Positions 1-5,674 are shown, numbered from the stretch's first letter. The stretch: DNA of 10,394 nt from a virus (IMGVR_UViG_3300033463_000077); one strand, 5' to 3'. Notes: generated from the letters alone by a model not told the origin. Numbers and translations: made by a program.

Positions 1-561
1 AATCCGGCCATCATCGGTTTCATTAATTACCGTCCCGGCCATCTGCTGAAGATGGAAGGACAGAACCTTGAACAGGGTTGGCCGAGTCCGCGGTCTTGGG
101 AACGGGTCAGCAATGTGATCAAAATGTTCAACGGAAATGTTGAACTGCTTCGGAAAGTGGTCTATGGTTTGATCGGAAACGGTGTGGGTCTTGAATTTAT
201 GGAATTCTTTAAGATGAGTTCCGAATTCGATTCGATCCTTGAAGTGATGATCAATGAAAAGGCTGAATTCACTCTCCCGGATAAGAACGACAAAAAATAT
301 GCCGTGGCATCCGCTGTGATCTACCATCTGTGGAATGGCACTGATGAGAAAGATACCGAAGCTAGGATCAATGGATTTTATCGGATCCTTTCCAAGATGC
401 CAAATGACTTCGGTGCCATGATGATCCGTTCGGCCATGCTGGGAAATAAAAAGGTGAAGCCGATGGATGCAATGAAAAAAATCATGACCAACAAAAATTA
501 TGCTACCGCGGCTAAAAAGTTCATGACCGCCGTAAACGGTCAGCCGACTGGTACTCTTTAA
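1..561 (+). CDS. MoxR-like AAA+ ATPase, C-terminal part (5'-truncated by window edge)
   Basis: Frame 1 is open from base 1 (NPAIIGFINYRPGHLLK-MEGQ...), so the track start at 52 is internal. The WPSPRSWERVS motif and helical lid region are typical of MoxR/AAA_5-type ATPases that partner DUF2201 VWA proteins, and such a partner lies 585 bp downstream. Walker motifs are outside the window. Confidence 0.8.
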   Translation, partial: NPAIIGFINYRPGHLLKMEGQNLEQGWPSPRSWERVSNVIKMFNGNVELLRKVVYGLIGNGVGLEFMEFFKMSSEFDSILEVMINEKAEFTLPDKNDKKYAVASAVIYHLWNGTDEKDTEARINGFYRILSKMPNDFGAMMIRSAMLGNKKVKPMDAMKKIMTNKNYATAAKKFMTAVNGQPTGTL

Positions 562-570
562 GAGAGTGTT

Positions 571-649
571 AGAAGCCTCCTGATAGGGTTGTGGTTGGCC
601 CGACAGAGATTTCCATACCTCCTGTGGAAATCTCCCTCAGGAGGCTTCT
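571..649 (+). ncRNA. Putative structured RNA element / complex terminator, copy 1
   Basis: AGAAGCCTCCTGA (571-583) pairs perfectly with TCAGGAGGCTTCT (637-649) and is followed by a T-tract. Internal hairpin GAGATTTCCA (606-615)/TGGAAATCTC (625-634) has loop TACCTCCTG. Weaker hairpin at 590-605. Confidence 0.55.
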
Positions 650-658
650 TTTTTATTA

Positions 659-687
659 GTTTACTTTTTGAGTTAGGATGTTATATT
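659..687 (+). promoter_or_regulatory. Early-type sigma70 promoter (GTTTAC-17-TATATT with extended -10 TG)
   Basis: GTTTACTTTTTGA GTTAGGA TGTTATATT, upstream of ORF 729; exact consensus copy. Confidence 0.85.
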
Positions 688-728
688 AAAATAACGAAAC
701 AAACCGAACAAAATAAAGAGGTGAAGAT

Positions 729-1073
729 ATGAGTACGTCCGCCCTGATCGCTTACAAAAATGAAGATGGAACCTATGATGTGAATGCCATTAACTTTGAT
801 GGTTACATTGAAGGTGTTGGCAAAACTTTGCAAAACTTTTGGAATGATGCTGAAAAGGCAAAAAATATCTGTCACGAAAAAGAGATTCGTTCTCTTGGAG
901 AGGACATGAAAGAAACAGAATTCTATACCGGATATCTCAGTGTTCTGAGAAGGAGACAAGGTCTTTCCTTTGAAAAACTTTGCAATGAAGCTGGAAATTT
1001 CAGCTATACCTATGTTTATGAAGATGATATGTGGCAACAGCTGAGTGACCGTGAAATTATTGAGCCCTACTGA
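729..1073 (+). CDS. Conserved phage hypothetical protein (114 aa; 'MSTxxxI...DG...xxDGY..GVG..L' type)
   Basis: SD GAGGTG at 718-723 and own promoter. N-terminus MSTSALIAYKNEDGTYDVNAINFDGYIEGVGKTL resembles a widespread uncharacterised phage family recalled as ...HxDGYP. Confidence 0.75.
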   Translation: MSTSALIAYKNEDGTYDVNAINFDGYIEGVGKTLQNFWNDAEKAKNICHEKEIRSLGEDMKETEFYTGYLSVLRRRQGLSFEKLCNEAGNFSYTYVYEDDMWQQLSDREIIEPY

Positions 1074-1081
1074 TTTTTCCG

Positions 1082-1110
1082 GTTTACTTTTTGAATTCTG
1101 CTGTTATATT
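1082..1110 (+). promoter_or_regulatory. Early-type promoter
   Basis: GTTTACTTTTTGA ATTCTGC TGTTATATT, exact consensus copy upstream of the VWA gene. Confidence 0.85.
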
Positions 1111-1145
1111 AAAATAACAACCACAACAACATGGAGGATTCACAA

Positions 1146-2588
1146 ATGACCAACGACAAGCTGCAAGAGCTGAAAACCACCGCTCGGAAAATCCTTGCAT
1201 ATAATCGTATGCAACTGCTGAATAAGCATCCCTTTATCGGAAATATTGCAATGAACCTTGATCTGATTCCGATCCGAGATGCTCGTTGTGATTCGGCTAT
1301 GACTGATGGCAATGCAATTTATTTCGATATTGATTTTATGTCCCGTCTGAATTCTGATGAGATCCAGTTTGTTCTCGGACATGAAATTTGGCATGTGGTC
1401 ATGGTCCATTTTCTTCGGAAAGGTGATCGGATCCATGACATCTTTAATATTGCATGTGACATGGAAGTTAATCAGATCCTTGATTCTGATGGATTTTTGG
1501 CTCCGTCTGATGCACTGTTTCCGAATAAAAACCATGCACGGAAATGTGAATATAATTTTGATGACGGTCTGTCCGCTGAAGAATATTATGATCTGATTAT
1601 TGAATGGCATAAAAAACAGGCTGAACAGAACCGCAAAGAAGAGTCTGAAGAGATTGAAAATGAATCCATGGATCCGATTGATCAAAAGGATGAAAATGAT
1701 CAAAATGGGAATGGTGAGACCAAATCTCAGACCAAGGCTCAGACCAAGAAGAAAACCAACCGTCCGAAACGAAATACAAAGAAATGTGAAGGACAGTTTG
1801 ATAAGCACTTTGATCAGTCCGAAAACCAAGAAGAAGCCTTGAAAGAGGCAATGAAAAACGGAGCCGAAGATAAATATGGCACCAAAGAAGAAGATGCTGA
1901 ATTTAAGCCGAGGTCCTACAAAACGGAATCTGAAAAACGAGAAGCTACCGAACAGGTCCGTGAAATGGTCATCAGTTCCGCTCAGACCTACGAAAGACAA
2001 AAAGGTGACCTTCCTGGACATATTAAAAAATATGTGGATAAGCTCCTTGAGTCTAAGCTCCCTTGGAAGGAACTTTTGTCCGCCTTCATCACCGCTGGGT
2101 TCCAAAACAGATCCAATTGGAATGTACCGAATAAAAGATTTGCATATAGCGGTACTTATCTTCCGAGCCATACCGGCGATATGATGAGAATTGCGATCGG
2201 TATTGATACGAGCGGATCCTGTGAATCTGAATGCGGCAAATTTTTATCTGAAGTGAATGCCATTGCAAAGAGCTTTGATCAGTATGAGCTCCATGTTATT
2301 CAGTGTGATGCTGAAGTCAAAGATTATACGATGTTCAATGAATCCAATCCGATGGACCCTGAAAATAAAATTGAGTTCAAAGGATTTGGCGGAACTCGGC
2401 TCCATCCGATCTTTGATTATATTGATCTGAATAATATTGAAGCCGATGCGGTTTTGATCTTCACCGATGGGTACTGTGAAAACTTTGATAAGAATGAGAA
2501 TTTTGACCGTCCGATCATGTGGATGATCACCGGAAAGAACGAATGCAAAAATATTGAAATTGGACAAAAGGTTTATATGGCGGAATAA
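1146..2588 (+). CDS. DUF2201-type protein: N-terminal HExxH metallopeptidase-like domain, charged linker, C-terminal VWA-like domain
   Basis: HEIWH (HExxH) followed by FNIACDMEVN; MIDAS motif IDTSGS, then GFGGT and FTDG. Start placed at ATG 1146 because GGAGGA (1133-1138) is a well-spaced SD; ATG 1131 has none. Confidence 0.9.
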   Translation: MTNDKLQELKTTARKILAYNRMQLLNKHPFIGNIAMNLDLIPIRDARCDSAMTDGNAIYFDIDFMSRLNSDEIQFVLGHEIWHVVMVHFLRKGDRIHDIFNIACDMEVNQILDSDGFLAPSDALFPNKNHARKCEYNFDDGLSAEEYYDLIIEWHKKQAEQNRKEESEEIENESMDPIDQKDENDQNGNGETKSQTKAQTKKKTNRPKRNTKKCEGQFDKHFDQSENQEEALKEAMKNGAEDKYGTKEEDAEFKPRSYKTESEKREATEQVREMVISSAQTYERQKGDLPGHIKKYVDKLLESKLPWKELLSAFITAGFQNRSNWNVPNKRFAYSGTYLPSHTGDMMRIAIGIDTSGSCESECGKFLSEVNAIAKSFDQYELHVIQCDAEVKDYTMFNESNPMDPENKIEFKGFGGTRLHPIFDYIDLNNIEADAVLIFTDGYCENFDKNENFDRPIMWMITGKNECKNIEIGQKVYMAE

Positions 2589-2595
2589 AGATGCT

Positions 2596-2674
2596 AGAAG
2601 CCTCCTGATAGGGTTGTGGTTGGCCCGACAGATATTTCCATACCTCCTGTGGAAAGCTCCCTCAGGAGGCTTCT
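2596..2674 (+). ncRNA. Putative structured RNA element / complex terminator, copy 2
   Basis: Same 13-bp closing stem (14 with T2595-A2675) and same loop TACCTCCTG (2641-2649). The two substitutions (2633, 2656) both weaken the inner hairpin. Confidence 0.55.
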
Positions 2675-2683
2675 ATTTTATCA

Positions 2684-2712
2684 GTTTACTTTTTGAAATT
2701 GAATGTTATATT
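2684..2712 (+). promoter_or_regulatory. Early-type promoter
   Basis: GTTTACTTTTTGA AATTGAA TGTTATATT, exact consensus copy. Confidence 0.85.
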
Positions 2713-2752
2713 AAAATAACGAAAAATAACCGCAAATTAAGGAGATATAAAA

Positions 2753-3001
2753 ATGAAGAATGTGCTTTCCGCTGCATATGATAATGTCTGTGATTTGATC
2801 CTTCGGGATGTCATCGTTGCAAAAGATGAGTTTGAGCTTCTTACCGAAGTAATGAAGAGCGCAAAATTCCTTGCACTCAAACTTCACGGCAAGGTTTCTG
2901 AAGAGGCATATGACAATCTTCTGAAAGACATGGAAGAGATCAAAGCTAAACTTTATAATTTCGAATTGTTCTTCGCTGATTATGAAGATGATGAAGAATA
3001 A
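2753..3001 (+). CDS. Hypothetical protein (82 aa, acidic, helical)
   Basis: Own promoter and strong leader TTAAGGAGATATAAAAATG; no recognisable domain. Confidence 0.75.
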   Translation: MKNVLSAAYDNVCDLILRDVIVAKDEFELLTEVMKSAKFLALKLHGKVSEEAYDNLLKDMEEIKAKLYNFELFFADYEDDEE

Positions 3002-3003
3002 CG

Positions 3004-3032
3004 GTTTACTTTTTGAGTTAAGATGTTATATT
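3004..3032 (+). promoter_or_regulatory. Early-type promoter
   Basis: GTTTACTTTTTGA GTTAAGA TGTTATATT; 34/35 identical to the copy at 659 over the extended motif. Confidence 0.85.
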
Positions 3033-3074
3033 AAAATATCGAATAACCACCAAATAAATTAAGGAGAACGAATT

Positions 3075-3929
3075 ATGGAAATCCGCAAACTGTCCGCCGC
3101 CAATGAAGAGCAGATCAAATCCCAGAGCGAAAGCTTCTTTGATCTCGGCATCACCTCCCAGAAAGCCGCTGTGCTTCTCAACTATCTGTTTCAGTACAAG
3201 TTGGAACACTGTGCATCCAAGCGGGGCTATTACTACGACACCAAGACCGCTGACAGTGTGAACGGCGGTGGGCTGTTGGTCAAAGGAAAGGCACAGATCA
3301 CCATCAATGATATGAATGAAGTCGGAATTTATTTCCGTGATCATTGGGCCATCAATAAATATGTCCGGGTTGCCTCCGGGAAATCTGAGGTCATCAAATC
3401 CATCAAAGATAAGATGGGCAATGAGCTGAAGAAGCTTTGGAAGATGTTCAAAGATGAACGGATCGTCATTAATATCAAAGATCACACTGCACTCTACAAT
3501 GAAGTCGGTAAATACCTTAATCTCTCAGATGATATTGTGACCACCACCGAAAGCGGAAAGAAGGTCATTATTATCAGTCTGAACGAATACCGTGCTCTCT
3601 ATGAATTCCTTAAGAGCCGGGAACCCGCCAAGATCAAGGAACGGTATGGCACCACTGCCTACAATACCATGGTCGGTCAGCGGATCGAGGATCAGTTCCT
3701 TCTCTCCGCGATTGATGTGATCAAAAATGAGATCAGAAACGTGGAACATGAATATTCCGAGACCTGCAAGAGAGCCGAGGAATCCTTTAACGAGAGCTAT
3801 AAACAGCTCCGTGACAAACGTGAACTGGAAAAGGCGGAGGCTGAAAAGGCCAAGCTCTTCAAGATCGAGGAACTTAATCAGCAGATGAAAGACCTTCTGA
3901 ATTCCGCTTTGGGAATGACGGTTCAGTAA
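3075..3929 (+). CDS. Hypothetical protein (284 aa) with C-terminal coiled coil
   Basis: SD AAGGAG at 3061-3066, own promoter, long ORF with strong C/G third-position bias. Glu/Lys/Arg heptad-like tail (EIRNVEHEY...QQMKDLLNS). Confidence 0.85.
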   Translation: MEIRKLSAANEEQIKSQSESFFDLGITSQKAAVLLNYLFQYKLEHCASKRGYYYDTKTADSVNGGGLLVKGKAQITINDMNEVGIYFRDHWAINKYVRVASGKSEVIKSIKDKMGNELKKLWKMFKDERIVINIKDHTALYNEVGKYLNLSDDIVTTTESGKKVIIISLNEYRALYEFLKSREPAKIKERYGTTAYNTMVGQRIEDQFLLSAIDVIKNEIRNVEHEYSETCKRAEESFNESYKQLRDKRELEKAEAEKAKLFKIEELNQQMKDLLNSALGMTVQ

Positions 3930-3930
3930 G

Positions 3931-3995
3931 AGGAGATAAAGGGAGATAGAGGGTGATTGAAACTGCCCTCTATATTACCTTTTAGTTATCTGCCT
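3931..3995 (+). terminator. Long imperfect hairpin after ORF 3075 (terminator or processing stem)
   Basis: Core ATAGAGGGTG (3946-3955)/TGCCCTCTAT (3964-3973), extendable through AAGG/CCTT and AGG-AGATA/TATCT-G-CCT. Confidence 0.55.
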
Positions 3996-4062
3996 TTCAT
4001 CACTAGAAGTGAAGTTGAAATTTTCAAAAATGAATCAAAATTTTTAAAGAAGGGTTTGAATA

Positions 4063-4371
4063 ATGGAAGACAAAGATATTGATTATGAAGTGAAGATCTA
4101 TCAAATCTACGATCAGTTGGCTAAAGAAAATTTATTGAATGCATGGTGTGATTTTTCCAAAAGAGTGATGAAGTATTTGGAAATGGAATGGGAGCCTGAG
4201 AATCCTCCAACCGTTGAAGAAATTCAATCAGTGACCGAAACTTTTGTTGGAAATAATGTTGGAAATATCAATGATATTGGAGCAAAACTTCACATTGATG
4301 ATTTTTCCTTGCTTCTTACTTTCATGATCGTTGGGTTTGATCTTATCATAAATGGAGAAAAGGAAGTTTAA
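4063..4371 (+). CDS. Hypothetical acidic protein (102 aa)
   Basis: ATG with upstream GAAGGG; protein-like composition; same orientation as neighbours; no domain recognised. Confidence 0.7.
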   Translation: MEDKDIDYEVKIYQIYDQLAKENLLNAWCDFSKRVMKYLEMEWEPENPPTVEEIQSVTETFVGNNVGNINDIGAKLHIDDFSLLLTFMIVGFDLIINGEKEV

Positions 4372-4394
4372 ATTTTCATTTGAGATGTTATAAT
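4366..4394 (+). promoter_or_regulatory. Promoter of the tRNA pair (GTTTAA-17-TATAAT, extended -10)
   Basis: GTTTAA ATTTTCATTTGAGA TGT TATAAT, ending 23 nt before tRNA-Thr; overlaps the stop codon of ORF 4063. Confidence 0.8.
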
Positions 4395-4417
4395 AATAAA
4401 TATGAAAAAGAGCTATT

Positions 4418-4505
4418 GCCGGGTTTCCCCTAGTGGACGAAGGGACCGGATTCGTAATCCGGTAGCGAAAGCTCATCGTGAGTTCGAATCTCACACCCGG
4501 CTCCA
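4418..4505 (+). tRNA. trnT: tRNA-Thr(CGU) with long variable arm (class II body), 88 nt, CCA encoded
   Basis: Acceptor GCCGGGT/ACCCGGC, discriminator U, CCA at 4503-4505. D-stem CCCT/AGGG. Anticodon stem CCGGA/TCCGG with loop TT-CGT-AA. V-arm AGC-GAAA-GCT. T-arm GTGAG-TTCGAAT-CTCAC. Confidence 0.9.
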
Positions 4506-4507
4506 AT

Positions 4508-4583
4508 AGGCCATTGGTGTAGCGGCTTTGCACATCAGATTTTGGATCTGAGGGTCCTCGGTCGGCACGAGGATGGCCTGCCA
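4508..4583 (+). tRNA. trnQ: tRNA-Gln(UUG) with non-canonical T-loop, CCA encoded
   Basis: Acceptor AGGCCAT/ATGGCCT, G73, CCA. D-stem GTGT/GCAC. Anticodon stem TCAGA/TCTGA with loop TT-TTG-GA. T-stem CCTCG/CGAGG with loop GTCGGCA. Confidence 0.88.
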
Positions 4584-4586
4584 ATT

Positions 4587-5570
4587 TTATTTTGAAGGTG
4601 ATTTTCTTTTTTTACATTTTTGAAGAAGATCTGGCATATATTTTTCCATCCATCTTCTTATTTTTTGTGGCGGTTTATCAATTAAAATTGCAACTTTTGA
4701 AATCCACCCATTTTTTGTAAAGTCAATATTTGAAGTTTTAACAAGCTCTATTAGTGGCTTATTCATTTCCAGCAATTTCATTTTTTGTTCTTTCAAATAT
4801 TCCAACCAGCTTCTTTTTGCTTTTTTATTTACTTCTTTATATTTGAACACTCTATTTTCTAATTTTTTTAATCCGACATCAATATTAGATATAAATTTCA
4901 AAAATTCATTTATAGTTTTTTGTGTATTTTCAGAATATCCTATTCTAAATACAGTCCAGCCTTTTTCATCTAAGTATGCATCTTTTTTATTATCATGTCC
5001 TTTTCTTGTTTCCCCATGAATAAAATGTTGTTTTCCATCAAGTTCAACCGCAACTTTTATATTCATAAATGCAAAATCAATAAAATATGGAGACTCACAG
5101 TACTCATTTACAATATCATATTTTTTAAAAAGATCAAATTTTTGAATGCATTCATCAAAAAACCATTGTTCTAAATATGACATTTCACCAGCTGCACGGC
5201 GTTCCCAAGCAGTTTTTCCGGTTTTTTGCTTTAAATAATTCACTCTTCTTTGTCTTGCTTCTTCAACCGCTTCTTGATGAGTGGACCAAAAATTTATTTG
5301 TGCATCTGTTAAAAATTTTGATTTACATTCTTTATTTGAACAAGTCAACTTCCAAAACCTTCCATTTGATCTTAATGCGGCGCCTAAAGGTCTTGAAAAA
5401 ACTTCAACTTTATTTTTATTACAATATTGGCAAATAGGAATATCTAAATAATTTAATACATAATCAAATAGTGATAAATCATGTTTTATTTTTATATGAG
5501 TACAAAATCCAATATTTGTTTCAAATGATTGATTGCAAATTTTACAATTTTTTAAAAGTTCATGTATCAT
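4587..5570 (-). CDS. Putative free-standing homing endonuclease: Zn-binding N-terminus, DUF559/Vsr-like PD-(D/E)xK nuclease, C-terminal HTH-like tail
   Basis: C2H2 finger CKIC...HIKIKH; second Cys cluster CQYC...CSNKEC; nuclease motif IDFAF...VELDGKQH...DNKKDAYLDEKGWTVFRI; tail IDFTKNGWISKVA...PQKIRRWM. Start placed at ATG 5570 (SD-like AAGGAAAG upstream); the track start is 5594. Confidence 0.85.
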   Translation of the reverse strand: MIHELLKNCKICNQSFETNIGFCTHIKIKHDLSLFDYVLNYLDIPICQYCNKNKVEVFSRPLGAALRSNGRFWKLTCSNKECKSKFLTDAQINFWSTHQEAVEEARQRRVNYLKQKTGKTAWERRAAGEMSYLEQWFFDECIQKFDLFKKYDIVNEYCESPYFIDFAFMNIKVAVELDGKQHFIHGETRKGHDNKKDAYLDEKGWTVFRIGYSENTQKTINEFLKFISNIDVGLKKLENRVFKYKEVNKKAKRSWLEYLKEQKMKLLEMNKPLIELVKTSNIDFTKNGWISKVAILIDKPPQKIRRWMEKYMPDLLQKCKKRKSPSK

Positions 5571-5616
5571 ATTTTTCTTTCCTTTAGTTAACACATCTTA
5601 TTTGTACCATTACTTT

Positions 5617-5624
5617 TATTTATA
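5617..5624 (-). promoter_or_regulatory. T4-late-type promoter box TATAAATA upstream of the endonuclease
   Basis: + strand TATTTATA is TATAAATA on the - strand, 46 nt upstream of ATG 5570. An 8-mer in AT-rich DNA can arise by chance. Confidence 0.5.
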
Positions 5625-5674
5625 TTTGGTGAAGTGAAGTTTACTTTTTGAATTTTAATGTTATATTAAAATAT
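5625..5674 (+). repeat. 50-bp direct repeat, copy 1 (promoter with extended upstream flank)
   Basis: TTTGGTGAAGTGAAGTTTACTTTTTGAATTTT.. matches 6407..6456 at 46/50; first 32 bp identical. Confidence 0.9.
5639..5667 (+). promoter_or_regulatory. Early-type promoter
   Basis: GTTTACTTTTTGA ATTTTAA TGTTATATT, exact consensus copy. Confidence 0.85.

Larger units (their letters stand above)
570..699 (+). repeat. 130-bp direct repeat, copy 1 (structured element + early promoter cassette)
   Basis: Matches 2595..2724 at 122/130 positions by manual alignment; only 2 differences within the first 80 nt. Confidence 0.95.
2595..2724 (+). repeat. 130-bp direct repeat, copy 2
   Basis: 122/130 identical to 570..699; offset 2025 bp. 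Confidence 0.95.

Noticed and set aside
571-649. Hammerhead ribozyme (CTGATAG ... GAAA inside a three-way junction)
   Set aside because: The core needs CUGANGA but the sequence is CUGAUAG, and the GAAA is paired within a perfect stem. Twister, pistol and HDV/theta cores were not found either.
571-649. MITE/REP-type transposon with 13-bp terminal inverted repeats
   Set aside because: No target-site duplication or transposase is visible, and homology between copies continues 50 bp beyond the inverted repeat into the promoter.
1140-2171. 343-aa minus-strand ORF (also 681..1037, 1597..1851, 2244..2567, 3018..3485, 3525..3749, 7808..8152, 8853..9221)
   Set aside because: Antisense shadows of well-supported + strand genes. 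They have Phe/Ile/Leu-rich composition typical of reverse-complemented Glu/Lys/Asp codons, and no SD or promoter.
1357-2184. Alternative-frame + strand ORFs (1357..1596, 1600..1842, 1876..2184; similarly 2554..2781, 5177..5437, 6774..6998, 8485..8667, 9535..9720)
   Set aside because: Nested out of frame in, or antisense to, genes with clear motifs; no independent ribosome-binding sites or domains.
4418-4505. Calling the long-arm tRNA tRNA-Ser, tRNA-Tyr or a suppressor
   Set aside because: The 5-bp stem and 7-nt loop put CGU, not GUA, at positions 34-36. U73 and C2-G71 fit Thr rather than Ser (G73) or Tyr/Leu (A73).
4228-4584. 118-aa minus-strand ORF
   Set aside because: It is the antisense reading of the two GC-rich tRNA genes and of ORF 4063.
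4584-5640. Group I intron or intein housing the endonuclease
   Set aside because: Both tRNAs are intact, no interrupted gene flanks the ORF, and there is no room for intron core helices (3 nt on one side, promoter DNA on the other).
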